From assembly GCA_036918135.1 (NCBI GenBank), contig JBALDB010000015.1, positions 192,001-256,000 on the forward strand: DNA of 64,000 nt. The letters run 5' to 3'. The number at the start of each line of letters is the position of its first letter. Within the stretch, counting starts at the first letter, position 1. Position numbers and translations under genes: made by a program. This document shows positions 39,512 through 51,531 of the stretch, in pieces. Source of the DNA: Nostoc sp. (GTDB lineage: Bacteria > Cyanobacteriota > Cyanobacteriia > Cyanobacteriales > Nostocaceae). Below the pieces are notes generated by a model that was not told where the DNA came from, ran no database searches, and was given only the letters and a program-made list of their open reading frames with translations.

Positions 39512-39829
39512 TTAAATTTCCGGCGCTTGACGAAAGCGCATTGCCACATTCCAGCATTCTGTAACTAATTGATGCCAAGGCATCAAAGTTGCCATATCAA
39601 TTCCGACTTGTCCATCAGTAGCGTTAAAGAGCATTTTTGCAGTATTTAGTTCTTCTTGGGCTTGCTTAACCCGCGACAGCAAGTCAGATTGCTCTTGGTT
39701 ACTCATAAATGAGAGTTGCTTGGTTTCGAGTAAGTCGCGCGATCGCGTAAACCAAAACTGAAAATCGTCCAGTAGCGGTTCTAAAACCGTTTTCAGCAAC
39801 TGAGTCCCTGATAAATCTGAGTCTGGCAT
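39512..39829 (-). CDS. DUF2605 family protein
   Basis: LLKTVLEPLLDDFQFWF.RS, PWHQLVTECW. Confidence 0.85.
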   Translation of the reverse strand: MPDSDLSGTQLLKTVLEPLLDDFQFWFTRSRDLLETKQLSFMSNQEQSDLLSRVKQAQEELNTAKMLFNATDGQVGIDMATLMPWHQLVTECWNVAMRFRQAPEI

Positions 39830-39910
39830 AAATTAGAGGAATATTTCCAACTTTCTTACTAATATTAACGTTATTTACGATTCTTAACAATTGTCTTATT
39901 TCTCTAACAC

Positions 39911-39953
39911 ACAATAGATTGAAAATTTGCACTTTTTTGTAACAAAAGTTACA
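39911..39953 (-). promoter_or_regulatory. Canonical NtcA-activated (class II) promoter
   Basis: TGTAACAAAAGTTACA (39938..39953). On the minus strand the TAC is followed after exactly 22 nt by TATTGT (TAN3T). Confidence 0.7.
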
Positions 39954-40139
39954 TTTATAATTATATGGTTTTGCTAAGGCGCTTGTACACTTCCTTTAGA
40001 AAGGTGTCTGTAGATATAGAGATATAGATGGGGAGTAGGGGAGGTAGGAGGTAGAAATAAACAATGCCTAATGCCAATGCCGTTATATTTGAATAAGCCT
40101 ACAAATTCACATCAATCGTCTTTTGTAATCACTTCGTCA

Positions 40140-41993
40140 ATGGTTCAGCAGCCAATGTCGCTAAAATTATCATCAAATCCTTCACAAGAGTTAGAAAAAC
40201 CTGAAAAAATTTATTTGCCACGTACCAGCGAATCAGAGAAGTTAAAAAAGATTCGTCACACTGCTTCCCATGTGATGGCAATGGCAGTACAAAAGCTGTT
40301 TCCCAAGGCGCAAGTTACAATTGGCCCTTGGATTGAAAACGGATTTTATTATGACTTCGATAACCCAGAACCATTTAGCGAAAACGATCTTAAAGCCATC
40401 AAAAAAGAGATGGTAAAGATTATCAATCGTAAATTGCCAGTTATTGAGGAAGAAGTCAATCGGGAAGAAGCCGAACGCCGGATTCAGCAAATTAACGAAC
40501 CTTACAAGCTAGAAATTCTAGCAGACATCAAAGAGGAACCTATCACTATTTACCATTTGGGGAATGAATGGTGGGATTTATGTGCGGGGCCTCATCTGGA
40601 AAACACTGGTGAATTAAACCCCAAAGCTATTGAATTAGAAAGTGTTGCTGGTGCTTATTGGCGTGGGGATGAAACCAAAGCCCAACTCCAACGCATCTAC
40701 GCTACCGCTTGGGAAAGTCCAGAACAACTTGCTGAGTATAAGCGACGCAAAGAAGAAGCGTTGCGGCGAGATCATAAAAAACTTGGTAAAGAACTGGGAT
40801 TATTTGTATTTTCTGATTTAGTAGGGCCGGGTTTACCTTTGTGGACTCCTAAAGGTACTCTGTTGCGAAGTATTTTAGAAGACTTCCTCAAACAGGAGCA
40901 ATTAAAACGAGGTTATTTGCCTGTGGTAACGCCTCACATAGCCAGAGTTGATTTATTTAAAACCTCTGGACACTGGCAAAAATATAAAGAAGATATGTTT
41001 CCCCTAATGGCGGAAAATGCAGAAGCAGCCGCAAACGAACAGGGCTTCGTAATGAAGCCGATGAATTGCCCTTTCCACATTCAAATATATAAGAGTGAGT
41101 TGCGTTCCTACCGAGAACTACCGATGCGCTTGGCAGAATTTGGTACTGTTTATCGGTACGAACAATCTGGGGAATTGGGCGGTTTAACGCGGGTACGGGG
41201 TTTTACTGTAGATGATTCTCACTTGTTCGTCACGCCAGAACAGCTAGATAGCGAATTCCTCAGCGTGGTAGATTTGATTTTGTCGGTATTTAATAAACTA
41301 CAACTGAAGAATTTTAAAGCTAGACTTAGTTTCCGCGATCCAACCAGTGATAAGTACATCGGTGACAATGAAGTTTGGGACAAAGCCGAAAGTGCGATTC
41401 GCCGTGCAGTTGAAACCTTAGGGATGCAACATTTTGAGGGAATCGGAGAAGCAGCATTTTACGGGCCTAAACTTGATTTTATTTTTAGTGATGCCTTAGA
41501 ACGGGAGTGGCAATTAGGAACCGTACAAGTAGATTACATTTTGCCAGAACGTTTTGATTTAGAGTACGTTGCTGAAGATGGTTCTCGCAAACGTCCAGTA
41601 ATGATTCACCGTGCGCCTTTTGGTTCCCTGGAAAGGCTGATTGGTATTTTAATTGAAGAGTATGCAGGTGATTTTCCCTTGTGGTTAGCACCAGTGCAAG
41701 CGAGATTACTGCCAGTAGGTGAAGCACAATTAGATTTTACTCAAGGGGTGGCAGCAAAGATGCGAGCATTAGGTATCCGTGCAGAGGTGGATACTAGTGG
41801 CGATCGCTTAGGTAAACTGATTCGCAACGCAGAGAAAGATAAAATACCAGTGATGGCAGTTGTGGGAGCTAAAGAAGTGGAAACCAACACCTTGAGTATC
41901 CGTACCCGTGCCTCTGGGGAATTGGGAGCTATTTCTGTAGATGAAGTGTTGGATAAAATGAAGAATGCGATCGCTAACTTTGAGAACTTTTAG
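40140..41993 (+). CDS. thrS: Threonine--tRNA ligase
   Basis: RHTASHVMA, DLCAGPH, RDHKKLG, KPMNCP, YRYEQSG, AFYGPK, IHRAPFGSLER. Start probably ATG 40140 or 40155. Confidence 0.97.
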   Translation: MVQQPMSLKLSSNPSQELEKPEKIYLPRTSESEKLKKIRHTASHVMAMAVQKLFPKAQVTIGPWIENGFYYDFDNPEPFSENDLKAIKKEMVKIINRKLPVIEEEVNREEAERRIQQINEPYKLEILADIKEEPITIYHLGNEWWDLCAGPHLENTGELNPKAIELESVAGAYWRGDETKAQLQRIYATAWESPEQLAEYKRRKEEALRRDHKKLGKELGLFVFSDLVGPGLPLWTPKGTLLRSILEDFLKQEQLKRGYLPVVTPHIARVDLFKTSGHWQKYKEDMFPLMAENAEAAANEQGFVMKPMNCPFHIQIYKSELRSYRELPMRLAEFGTVYRYEQSGELGGLTRVRGFTVDDSHLFVTPEQLDSEFLSVVDLILSVFNKLQLKNFKARLSFRDPTSDKYIGDNEVWDKAESAIRRAVETLGMQHFEGIGEAAFYGPKLDFIFSDALEREWQLGTVQVDYILPERFDLEYVAEDGSRKRPVMIHRAPFGSLERLIGILIEEYAGDFPLWLAPVQARLLPVGEAQLDFTQGVAAKMRALGIRAEVDTSGDRLGKLIRNAEKDKIPVMAVVGAKEVETNTLSIRTRASGELGAISVDEVLDKMKNAIANFENF

Positions 41994-41998
41994 TAAAA

Positions 41999-42103
41999 GT
42001 AGGGTGGGCAATGCTTATCCTAGAAAATTATATATATAGCGGTTTGCAATCAACTAAAGTACAAACAACTCGTAGGGTAGTACAGCTAACTGTGCTACCC
42101 TAC
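41999..42103. repeat. Two GTAG-REP-like palindromes flanking a TATAGC element end
   Basis: GTAGGGTGGGCAATGCTTATCCTA; TATAGCGGTTTGCAAT...GTACAAA; GTAGGGTAGTACAG-CTAA-CTGTGCTACCCTAC. Confidence 0.7.
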
Positions 42104-42176
42104 TCAATTAAAAACCAGATGAGCAAATTAACCCTTTGCGTGGGATGCTGGTTGATTGATTAGGGAGTATTTGCAG

Positions 42177-43088
42177 ATGTCTGTTGTTTCTGATGTCACT
42201 GTTACCGTTCCCGCCACAACTTCTAATTTGGGGCCTGGTTTTGATTGCATCGGTGCAGCTTTAAAGCTATACAATCAGTTCAAATTCACTCGTGTGGAAG
42301 AGGGTGGCTTAACGATCGCTGTCACAGGTGAAGAAGCTCAACGAGTACAAACCGATCGAAGCAATCTCCTTTACCAAGCGTTTATCAAGTTCTATCAACA
42401 TCTAGAGCAGACACCACCAGCAGTGAAAATAGAAATTGAACTGGGTGTACCATTAGCCAGGGGTTTGGGTAGTTCCGCCACTGCAATTGTTGGTGGGTTG
42501 GTGGCGGCGAATCAACTTGAGGGCGCGCCGCTGAGTCAGTCGCAGGTAATGGAGTTAGCGATCGCTATGGAAGGACATCCTGATAATGTAGTTCCAGCTT
42601 TGTTGGGTGGATGTCGTCTAGCTGCTTCTGGTGGTGCAGGTTGGGAAATTTGTGATGTTCCTTGGCATCAAGATATCATTCCAGTTGTAGCTATTCCTGA
42701 TTTTGAACTTTCTACTTCCGAAGCGCGGCAGGTTTTGCCAAGCGAAGTCAGCCGTGCAGATGCGATTTTCAATACTGCACACTTGGGTTTATTATTGCGC
42801 GGCTTGGAAACTGGGAAACCAGAATGGTTAAAAACAGCTTTACAAGATAAATTGCATCAGCCATATCGTAAAACTTTAATTCCTAGTTACGATGCTGTGA
42901 ATCTAGCTGCTGTAACTGCTGGTGCTTATGGCATGGTAATTAGTGGTGCAGGGCCGACACTATTGGCTTTGACAGATGAGTTACACTCAGAAGCTGTAGA
43001 AGCAGCAATGTCCAACGCTTGGGAGCAAGAAGGAATTACAGCCAAAGTGCGATCGCTTTCTCTAGATATCCAAGGCACAAAAAGTTAG
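42177..43088 (+). CDS. thrB: Homoserine kinase
   Basis: VPATTSNLGPGFD, PLARGLGSSATA, EGHPDNV, DKLHQPYR, ISGAGPT. Confidence 0.97.
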   Translation: MSVVSDVTVTVPATTSNLGPGFDCIGAALKLYNQFKFTRVEEGGLTIAVTGEEAQRVQTDRSNLLYQAFIKFYQHLEQTPPAVKIEIELGVPLARGLGSSATAIVGGLVAANQLEGAPLSQSQVMELAIAMEGHPDNVVPALLGGCRLAASGGAGWEICDVPWHQDIIPVVAIPDFELSTSEARQVLPSEVSRADAIFNTAHLGLLLRGLETGKPEWLKTALQDKLHQPYRKTLIPSYDAVNLAAVTAGAYGMVISGAGPTLLALTDELHSEAVEAAMSNAWEQEGITAKVRSLSLDIQGTKS

Positions 43089-43234
43089 AAGATGGGGTAT
43101 TGGGAGTGCTGTTAGCGGAAGCGGGGCGTTTAGCCCGTGTTGAGTGTTAAGTGAGGAGTTATTATTCTCTCCTCTGCCCCTGCTATTGCGCTCCCCATCT
43201 TTTCCAGTACCCACTCCCTACTAAGACTCAATTT

Positions 43235-43741
43235 ATGGATCGAATTCAAGTTGAAATAGCTGCGCTTAAGTCTCAAATTCAGATTCTCCAACAAGAACGC
43301 GCTGCACTCACTATTAATAATATTATCGACGAGAATGATTCACCTCTGGCAATCGTTGAGGCTTACCGTAGCCAAGCTAGAGAAAATCCCCAATTATCTG
43401 CTGAACTCAAGGGCATAGATGATGCAGTTGCAGCACTGGAATTGCAAATACAGCAAAGACAAGCTCAATTAGCCCGTTGGGAAATTGAATCAAAACAACT
43501 TACCCAACAGCAGCAGCTAGAAGAAGCCAAAAAAGTAGCTCAAGTTCATGCTCAACGCATTAATCAGCTTGCAGCAGAACTAGCTACAGAAATCAGGCTA
43601 CTCAAAGCTTGCGCCGATCGACTTAGTCCGATGTATTGGCAAGTTTATTACAAACCTTTCATTACTGGGTTCAAGACAATCTCTGTTCCTTACGTCCGCT
43701 CAGATGGTGAAGTCTGGACAATTGTCAACCGAATTGTTTGA
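43235..43741 (+). CDS. Hypothetical coiled-coil protein
   Basis: Q/E/A/L-rich heptads with a short aromatic C-terminal domain. Start moved to ATG 43235 because the upstream part is repeat-derived. Confidence 0.7.
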   Translation: MDRIQVEIAALKSQIQILQQERAALTINNIIDENDSPLAIVEAYRSQARENPQLSAELKGIDDAVAALELQIQQRQAQLARWEIESKQLTQQQQLEEAKKVAQVHAQRINQLAAELATEIRLLKACADRLSPMYWQVYYKPFITGFKTISVPYVRSDGEVWTIVNRIV

Positions 43742-43792
43742 AATCTGAGTAAACACTCATCATCCCAAAATTAGAATAAACCCTAACTTAAG

Positions 43793-43817
43793 ACGGTGGC
43801 ATTAGCCGCCGTTTTCT
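43793..43817 (+). terminator. Intrinsic terminator
   Basis: ACGGTGGC-ATTA-GCCGCCGT followed by TTTCT. Confidence 0.65.
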
Positions 43818-43986
43818 GTTGACGTAGCAAAACTTTACATTTAGAATTGTCTAGAGTAGCTATAGATAAGTATTTATTACTATCTAAAACGAAAATTTCA
43901 TCTTTTTGAGGGCGATGGCGTTTACAAAAGTACAAATTCCTTAATATAATGTAATTTAAATTGAAAAGTTAAATTGATTTTCAGAA

Positions 43987-45603
43987 GTGATGAATACTAT
44001 GGAATTTCCTTGGCTAACAGCCATAATTATTTTGCCGTTGGTGGCTACCTTAGCCATCCCATTAATCCCAGATAAAGAGGGAAAAACTGTTCGTTGGTAC
44101 GCTTTAGGAATTGCTTTTGCCGATTTTGCATTGATGATTTATACCTTTTGGTATAAATACGACTTTCAAAGTTCAACACTCCAACTGATAGAAAACTATC
44201 CTTGGGTACCGCAGTTGAGTTTACATTGGGCTGTGGGGGTTGATGGTTTATCGATGCCACTGGTACTTCTAACAGGCTTAATAAATACCCTCGCAATCTT
44301 CGCGGCTTGGAAAGTTACCAACAAGCCGCGATTATTTTATGGTTTGATGCTAGCGATGTACAGCGCCCAGCTTGGCGTGTTTGTTGCTCAAGATTTGCTG
44401 TTGTTCTTCCTAATGTGGGAAATCGAATTAGTACCGGTTTACCTGCTAATTTCCATTTGGGGAGGACAAAACCGCCGCTATGCAGCTACCAAGTTCATTC
44501 TTTACACTGCTGCTGCCTCAATATTTATCTTGGTAGCGGGTTTTGCAATGGCATTTTCAGGAGATACCGTCAGCTTCGATATGGCGACTCTGGGAATGAA
44601 AGAATATCCCAAAGCTTTTGAACTATTAGTTTACGCAGGTTTCTTAATTGCCTTCGGTGTAAAACTGCCGATTTTCCCTTTACACACTTGGCTACCTGAT
44701 GCTCATGGTGAAGCATCAGCACCTGGTTCGATGATTTTAGCTGGTGTGTTGTTAAAAATGGGTGGTTATGCTCTTATTCGCTTCAACGTTGAGATGCTGC
44801 CTGATGCCCATGTTTACTTTGCTCCAGTGCTAGCGATTTTGGGTGTAGTGAACATTGTTTATGGTGCTTGCTGTGCCTTTGCTCAAACTAATCTCAAACG
44901 TCGCTTGGCTTATTCTTCAATTGCCCACATGGGGTTTGTGCTGATTGGAATCGCCTCCTATACAGAAATTGGTATCAGCGGTGCAGTACTACAAATGGTT
45001 TCCCACGGTTTGATTGCTGCTAGCTTGTTCTTCTTATCTGGTGTGACTTACGATCGCACCCACACCTTGATGATGGACAAAATGGGTGGAATCGCGAAGG
45101 TAATGCCCAAAACTTTTGCTCTGTTTACCGTTGGTTCAATGGCTTCTCTCGCCTTACCAGGAATGAGTGGTTTTGTAGGTGAGTTGATGGTATTTCTAGG
45201 TATCGCCACTAGTGATGTTTACAGTTCTAGCTTCAAAGTTGTAGTGGTGCTGCTATCAGCAGTTGGCGTGATTTTGACACCGATTTACTTACTATCAATG
45301 CTGCGTCAAGTGTTCTACGGTAAGCAAAATCATGAGTTGCACTTGGATGCTGTAATATCTGATGTCAAACCTCGCGAACTGTTTATTACTGCTTCTCTGC
45401 TGCTACCAATCATTGGTATCGGGTTTTATCCCAAGTTGGTAACGCAGACTTATGATGTCAAGGCAGTCGAATTAGCTACCCATGCTCGCCAAGTTCTACC
45501 AGTTGTTGCTCATCAGCAACCGTCAAGTCTGTACTCGCGTATTCTTACAGCACCAACCTTGGCTAGTTCTGAAGTGGAAAATTTAATTAATATTTCAAAG
45601 TAA
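43987..45603 (+). CDS. ndhD: NAD(P)H-quinone oxidoreductase subunit 4 (stand-alone, NdhD1/D2 class)
   Basis: [59 protein letters not shown]. Confidence 0.95.
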   Translation: MMNTMEFPWLTAIIILPLVATLAIPLIPDKEGKTVRWYALGIAFADFALMIYTFWYKYDFQSSTLQLIENYPWVPQLSLHWAVGVDGLSMPLVLLTGLINTLAIFAAWKVTNKPRLFYGLMLAMYSAQLGVFVAQDLLLFFLMWEIELVPVYLLISIWGGQNRRYAATKFILYTAAASIFILVAGFAMAFSGDTVSFDMATLGMKEYPKAFELLVYAGFLIAFGVKLPIFPLHTWLPDAHGEASAPGSMILAGVLLKMGGYALIRFNVEMLPDAHVYFAPVLAILGVVNIVYGACCAFAQTNLKRRLAYSSIAHMGFVLIGIASYTEIGISGAVLQMVSHGLIAASLFFLSGVTYDRTHTLMMDKMGGIAKVMPKTFALFTVGSMASLALPGMSGFVGELMVFLGIATSDVYSSSFKVVVVLLSAVGVILTPIYLLSMLRQVFYGKQNHELHLDAVISDVKPRELFITASLLLPIIGIGFYPKLVTQTYDVKAVELATHARQVLPVVAHQQPSSLYSRILTAPTLASSEVENLINISK

Positions 45604-45656
45604 AATATACATCCTACGAAGGGTGCTGAAATTAAATTTTAATATGAGGGGAATAA

Positions 45657-45680
45657 AGGGGTGGTTTGATAGCCACTCCT
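45657..45680. terminator. Hairpin between convergent ndhD and kinase genes
   Basis: AGGGGTGGTT-TGAT-AGCCACTCCT. Confidence 0.55.
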
Positions 45681-45702
45681 AAAATTTGTTCATAGAGAAT
45701 TG

Positions 45703-48700
45703 CTATGAGATGACTGGAAGCTCAATGATAAATTCCGATCCTTCACCAAGAATAGAATTACAAATCAATCGCCCACCGTGAGTTTCCTCGATAATTTGAC
45801 GAGCGATCGCTAATCCTAATCCTGTTCCTTTGCCAACTTCTTTAGTTGTAAACAGATGGTCAAAGATTCTTGCTTTAATCTCCTCTGGTATTCCGGGGCC
45901 GTTATCTTTGATGCGAATTATTACTCTACTTTGGTCGCTGGATACTTCGGTACAAATTAATATTTGTTGATGATTTTTTGTGATTTGAGCAAAAGAAAGC
46001 GTTTCACTATATGAATCTAAGGCATCAATTGCATTCGCCAAAATATTCATAAATACTTGATTTAGCTGTCCTAAAAAACACTTAACAAGTGGTAATTTAC
46101 CGTACTCTGTGATGATTTCAATTGCTGGACGTTTTTCGTTAGCTTTTAGGCGATACTTCAAAATCAACAGTGTACTCTCAATCCCTTCATGAAGATTACA
46201 AGCAACTTTTTCAGATGTATCGGCTCTAGAAAAAGTGCGGAGGCTGGTGCTAATGTCTTGAATCCGCTCAGAAGCGACTTTCATTGAGCTTACGAGCTTG
46301 GGTAAGTCCTCAGCCAGAAATTCTAAGTCAATATCTTCTCCATGCTCAATGACTACTGGCGCTGCGGTGGGATGATGTTGTTGGTAGCATTGGATATGGG
46401 CAAGTAAGTCTTGGATATACTCTTGGGCATTGCTGAGACTGCCTTTGAGAAATCCCACAGGATTATTAATTTCATGAGCCACACCTGCAACCAAGTTTCC
46501 TAAAGTTGCCATTTTTTCATTTTGCACGATTTGTAATTGGGCTTGCTTGAGTTCTTGTAGCGTCACCTCCAACTCGTGGGATTTCTCAAGGATTGCAGCT
46601 TCTGCTTGTTTGCGTTCGCTTATATCTCGCACAATTGCTAATGCATGAGGCTTACCGTTGTACATACACTTGGTAGCTCTAACCTCAAAGTCAAACAAAG
46701 TTCCATCTCTACGTACACAAATACCTTGACAAAAGAATTGCCGATCTGATTTTACAACTTCCAGATGATCTGCAAATAAATGCAGCGAGTCTGGGTGAAT
46801 GAAATCGGCTGGAGTTAGACTGAGAAAATCTTCGTAGGAAGTACAGCCATGCATCTGCCATAATGTTGTGTTTGCTGCGACAATTGTGCCAGTCTCAAAA
46901 TCAGAAATAGATATCCCATCACTGACAGCTTCAAAGATGCTGCGATATTGTTCTTCTTTTTGAGCAATCAGTCTAGATTTTTCCTGTTCGCTGGCATAAA
47001 GATGAGCATTTGTTAAGGAAATCGCTGCTTGGTTACAAAGTAAATTTAACACTTGCTGGCGATCGCTTGTAAATGCTCCAATTGTCAACTGATTTTCTAG
47101 ATACAATAATCCGATTAATTGGTCTTGATGCAAAATTGGTCTACACAAGACACTTTTAGGTTGTTTTTGTATTAAATATTCGTCGAAACTAAAATCGTTT
47201 GCGGCTGTTGCATCATCTAGCACAATAGTTTTTAAACTGTGTTTGATATAGTTTACCAATGCGATGGGAATGGTGTCACTGCTTGACAATGGTAGAGATA
47301 TGAGCTTAACTCCTTCATTAACAGTGGCTACGGCCTCAACTATTAAGTTATCCTGTTGAAGTACAAGTAAAGCAGCTTTTTTTGCTCCTGCATTTTCAAT
47401 CACTACTTGCAATAAGGTAGCGAACAATTGCTCTAATTTAATTTCACTGGAGAGAGCTTGTAAAGCTTTAAAAATAGTAGTAAAATCTAGTGTTTCGGAA
47501 ATGCTATTGCTAGAAAGATTTGTTTGGATAGTTTGATGTTTGAATGAAGATTTATCAAGATTTGAGCTTTGTTCAACGCGATGATGTTGCGCTTGTAAGA
47601 TTGGGGCAAGAAGTTGGGGGTAGCGTTTTTCTAGGTCGTCAGTTTTGGCTTCGGCACCCCAACGGGCATAACAGTAATAAGCTTCTTGCATATAAGCTTG
47701 GGCGATTTTTTCTTTGCCCCAATCTAAGTAGAACTTGGCTGCTAACTCATTGCTTAAGGCTGCTTCTTGAATGTATTCGTTTTCTTTAGCAAGAGAAATA
47801 GCGCGATCGTATAGTTCTATTGCTGCCATTTTTTCTCCCAAAACCCGATGGCGTTCTGCCTCCACCAAATCGTATTTATGCTGGAAATTCATTGGGGCAA
47901 ATTTAGCTCTAAGCAGCAATTTTTCCTGGTTGTCATTAACCTTCAAAAGTAATTGCTTTTGTTCAGAAGACTCAGTTGTGGGATAGACAGCAAGCCGCGA
48001 CAAAGAATCGTAGTAGTTGAAGACTGGTACAGATACCATTCCAGCAGCACCGTTGAGATATTGCTCTCCTTGGTTTGCATTTTCAACTGCTGCAATAAAA
48101 TTCTCAAACAGATAACTCAGTGTTAACTTACTGAGGAAAAGTATATGGAGTGTTAATTGGTCGTTTTGTTCGATTAGCGCCGATAAGAGTTGTTCTGATT
48201 GACAATATTCACCAATAATAAATTCTGGATGCTCGCTATATTTAGTTAAATTTTGAATGCTTTGACAGAGAATACTAGACCAATTCAATAACCGCTGATT
48301 TTTAGCAAAATGTAACTCGTAGTTCTTAATATCTACTAGCAAGATTTCCAAAACTTCTGTGCCAGTTAAATACACATAAAATAACTGGAAAATCATAGAT
48401 GCAAGCACGTGAAAAAAATCACCTGTCTCTAATCCAATAGTATGGGATTCCTGTAATAATCTAATTGAGTCGCGAACGTGTTGTTTATTAAATTGATTTA
48501 ATGCAGCAACCTTGAATATAGTCATACTTTGCACAGATTTTGCTTGAAATCTGTCCACAAGCATTAAAGCTAGTTTGCCAAATTCGTAACCTAGCTCTAG
48601 TTGATTACAAGTATTAAGTACAATTCCAAAATCTGCATACCCTGGTGCAGAGAGTGGCGCATTGCCGTATTTCAGGGATAAATTCACCTCTTGGCAAGCA

Positions 48701-51531
48701 AAAATTGGTAATAGATAAGAGGAAGTTTGGTGGATAGCCGGAGCAATACTAGCCATAATCCGCAATGCAAGCAAAGCTTTGGTATCATCCATCAATGGCA
48801 AATCTACTAAGCCCTCAACACTTCTGCCTGCCAAGGTGGACAGCGTGTTGATTACATATTGCTGAATGTCTCGTGGTGTTACTGATTCAGGTAATGTCAC
48901 CCCAAGTTGAGCAAGAAGTTCGCGTCCAGTTGCGATCGCCTGCAATGGTTGACCTTGAACTTGATAAGCTTGGAGTTTGACTTCATAAACTTTTACTTTA
49001 TCAAGAAAAGTGGTTGTTAGTTGAAGTACAACCTCAATCAAAGATTCCATCTGCTGAAATTCATTGTTGAGAAAGGCTGCTTCTGCGACTTCTTCATATA
49101 AATTGAGAGTCAATTTGTAGGCAACTTCCCAACTATTAATTGCTAAAAGTTGAATTCCGCAATTTAGGTAATGAATTGCTGTACCATAAGCAGTAGCTTC
49201 TTTCGCTTTTCGACCAGCATTCAGATTTAATTGAGCTAATTGTTGGCGTTCATTTGGCTCGGTGATTAGCGCTATTCCCCAATTCAACTGACTGACAATC
49301 TCAAAAATTCGCTCCTCTTGCTGAAGCTGTGGCGTATTTTCTAAGAGTAATTGACCAATTTGCAGATGGGTAAACTGTTTCTGCTCATCTGGAATCAGCG
49401 AATAGGCTGCTTGCTGCACGCGGTCATGTAAAAATTTATAAGTAACTGTCATTTGTTCTTGGTCATTGACTGTTTGTTTTTCAGCCTCTACAAATGACAA
49501 ACAATTATTAACAAATAATTCCTGTTGATAAAACTTATAAACTTCACTAGTCGGTAAAATTAAACCTTCCTGTAAGGCTTTCCACAAAGATGCTGCTGTA
49601 TCGGCTGCTGATTGTTGAGAAACAATTGCTAATGTGAGCAAATCAAAAGAGTTACCAATACACGCAGCTAATTTCAACACATTCTGTGTTGCTGCTGGCA
49701 ATTTCTGTAACTGTAGCGCTACGAACTCTACCACATCATCAGTTAGGGCAAGCGCTTTCACAGCGGCGATATCACATTGCCAATACCGTTGGTCAAAATT
49801 AAAAGTAATCAGTTTATCTTCATACAATGCTTTGAGAAATTGGGTTGCAAAAAATGGATTTCCCTGAGTTTTTTGATAGATAAGTTCTGTTAATGGTTGA
49901 GCAATTTTACTCGAACAATTAAGAGTATCGCCCACCAAGAGATTTAAGCTGGCTTTAGAAAGGGGAGCTAAAGTAATGTTGTGAATCTTGGCATTAGTCT
50001 TATAAATATCTGCTAAAGTCAACATCAAGGGATGCGTAGTAGAAACTTCGCGATCGCGATAAGCTCCAATTAACAGTAAATATCCACTCCCTGACTGCAT
50101 CAACAACTGAATTAATTTCAGTGATGCCGAATCAGCCCACTGCAAATCATCAAGGAAAATTACTAATGGATGTTCTTTTATGGTGAATACTTGAATGAAG
50201 TTTTGGAAGAGTAAATTAAAGCGATTCTGAGCTGCACTTGGTGTTAGTTCTGTTGCAGGTGGTTGTTCGCCAATAATTTGTTCTAGTTCTGGAATTACCT
50301 CAAGAATCACTTGCCCATTTTCGCCTAATGCTTGTAAAATTTTATTTTTCCAAGTTGACAATTGAGCATCACTTTCAGTCAGCAATTGCCGCATCAAATC
50401 TCGAAACGCTTGTACAAAGGCAGAAAAAGGGATGTTACGATTAAATTGATCGAATTTGCCTTTAATGAAGTAAGCTCTTTGGCGGACAATAGGTTTATAA
50501 ATTTCATTGACTACAGCTGTTTTACCAATACCAGAAAAACCAGCTATCAGCATTAATTGTGTCTGATTATTGGTAACGTACTCAAAGGCTTTTAGCAGAG
50601 TTTCAATTTCATCCTCACGACCGTAGAGTTTTTCCGGAATAATAAAGCGATCGTACACATCGCGTTGTGCTATCCTAAAATCTTTAATTTCACCAGTTTC
50701 TTCCAATTGAGCCAAACAATTCTCTAAATCAAACTTCAGCCCTAAAGCACTTTGATAGCGGTCTTCGGCATTTTTTGCCATCAATTTCATCACAATATCT
50801 GACAGAACTTGCGGAATCTGTTCGCTTTTAATTTCTTTTGGATGTTTGGCAATATGACAATGTACCAATTCCAGCGGCTCGTTCGATTGAAATGGTAATT
50901 GCCCAGTTAGTAATTCGTAAAAAGTTACACCTAAAGAGTAAAAATCAGTGCGGTAGTCAATCCCACGATTCATGCGTCCAGTTTGCTCTGGGGAAATATA
51001 AGCAAGTGTTCCTTCTAATACATTGGGACTGATTAAGGTTTGAGTTTCTCGTGGTAGTAAAGATGCAATACTAAAGTCAATTAATTTAACTTGTTTAGTT
51101 TCTGGATTAATTAAAATATTTGCAGGTTTGATGTCTTTGTGAATAATCCGATGATGATAAAGTATATCCAATATATTGCACAAAGAAATAGCTACTGGTA
51201 AAAAATTATTTAGGGATAGTACTATTCCTTGTTTAAGAGTCCATTTTGATAGAGAAATTCCTCCAAATTCCATGACTAATGCATAACCATTTTGATATGG
51301 TTCTAGGCTGTAGGTTTGGATAATTTCTGGAGTGTTAAGATTTTTAGAAATGGTGTATTGATTGCGAAACGACAAGAGTTCACTAAAACTAGGATAAGGA
51401 TTCTTCAGCAGCTTAATCGCTACGGATTTGCGATCGCTATCTCGAATTGCACGATAAACCAAGGTTCTTGAACCGTTATAGAGTTCTTCACTAATTTGAT
51501 ACCCTGGAATATTGATTTGGGTAATTGCCAT
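45703..51531 (-). CDS. Hybrid Ser/Thr kinase - AAA ATPase - GAF - PAS - histidine kinase (HstK/Pkn type)
   Basis: [27 protein letters not shown]; Walker A GFSGIGKT and Walker [34 protein letters not shown]. Start at ATG 51531. Confidence 0.93.
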   Translation of the reverse strand: MAITQINIPGYQISEELYNGSRTLVYRAIRDSDRKSVAIKLLKNPYPSFSELLSFRNQYTISKNLNTPEIIQTYSLEPYQNGYALVMEFGGISLSKWTLKQGIVLSLNNFLPVAISLCNILDILYHHRIIHKDIKPANILINPETKQVKLIDFSIASLLPRETQTLISPNVLEGTLAYISPEQTGRMNRGIDYRTDFYSLGVTFYELLTGQLPFQSNEPLELVHCHIAKHPKEIKSEQIPQVLSDIVMKLMAKNAEDRYQSALGLKFDLENCLAQLEETGEIKDFRIAQRDVYDRFIIPEKLYGREDEIETLLKAFEYVTNNQTQLMLIAGFSGIGKTAVVNEIYKPIVRQRAYFIKGKFDQFNRNIPFSAFVQAFRDLMRQLLTESDAQLSTWKNKILQALGENGQVILEVIPELEQIIGEQPPATELTPSAAQNRFNLLFQNFIQVFTIKEHPLVIFLDDLQWADSASLKLIQLLMQSGSGYLLLIGAYRDREVSTTHPLMLTLADIYKTNAKIHNITLAPLSKASLNLLVGDTLNCSSKIAQPLTELIYQKTQGNPFFATQFLKALYEDKLITFNFDQRYWQCDIAAVKALALTDDVVEFVALQLQKLPAATQNVLKLAACIGNSFDLLTLAIVSQQSAADTAASLWKALQEGLILPTSEVYKFYQQELFVNNCLSFVEAEKQTVNDQEQMTVTYKFLHDRVQQAAYSLIPDEQKQFTHLQIGQLLLENTPQLQQEERIFEIVSQLNWGIALITEPNERQQLAQLNLNAGRKAKEATAYGTAIHYLNCGIQLLAINSWEVAYKLTLNLYEEVAEAAFLNNEFQQMESLIEVVLQLTTTFLDKVKVYEVKLQAYQVQGQPLQAIATGRELLAQLGVTLPESVTPRDIQQYVINTLSTLAGRSVEGLVDLPLMDDTKALLALRIMASIAPAIHQTSSYLLPIFACQEVNLSLKYGNAPLSAPGYADFGIVLNTCNQLELGYEFGKLALMLVDRFQAKSVQSMTIFKVAALNQFNKQHVRDSIRLLQESHTIGLETGDFFHVLASMIFQLFYVYLTGTEVLEILLVDIKNYELHFAKNQRLLNWSSILCQSIQNLTKYSEHPEFIIGEYCQSEQLLSALIEQNDQLTLHILFLSKLTLSYLFENFIAAVENANQGEQYLNGAAGMVSVPVFNYYDSLSRLAVYPTTESSEQKQLLLKVNDNQEKLLLRAKFAPMNFQHKYDLVEAERHRVLGEKMAAIELYDRAISLAKENEYIQEAALSNELAAKFYLDWGKEKIAQAYMQEAYYCYARWGAEAKTDDLEKRYPQLLAPILQAQHHRVEQSSNLDKSSFKHQTIQTNLSSNSISETLDFTTIFKALQALSSEIKLEQLFATLLQVVIENAGAKKAALLVLQQDNLIVEAVATVNEGVKLISLPLSSSDTIPIALVNYIKHSLKTIVLDDATAANDFSFDEYLIQKQPKSVLCRPILHQDQLIGLLYLENQLTIGAFTSDRQQVLNLLCNQAAISLTNAHLYASEQEKSRLIAQKEEQYRSIFEAVSDGISISDFETGTIVAANTTLWQMHGCTSYEDFLSLTPADFIHPDSLHLFADHLEVVKSDRQFFCQGICVRRDGTLFDFEVRATKCMYNGKPHALAIVRDISERKQAEAAILEKSHELEVTLQELKQAQLQIVQNEKMATLGNLVAGVAHEINNPVGFLKGSLSNAQEYIQDLLAHIQCYQQHHPTAAPVVIEHGEDIDLEFLAEDLPKLVSSMKVASERIQDISTSLRTFSRADTSEKVACNLHEGIESTLLILKYRLKANEKRPAIEIITEYGKLPLVKCFLGQLNQVFMNILANAIDALDSYSETLSFAQITKNHQQILICTEVSSDQSRVIIRIKDNGPGIPEEIKARIFDHLFTTKEVGKGTGLGLAIARQIIEETHGGRLICNSILGEGSEFIIELPVIS

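Noticed and set aside
43151..43160. GTGAGGAGTT as a Yfr1 sRNA target site
   Set aside because: It lies within STRR-type repeats that generate this sequence anyway.
43911..43930. GGCGATGG resembling the start of a fluoride riboswitch
   Set aside because: The pairing partner (TCGCC) is missing and the downstream gene is ndhD.
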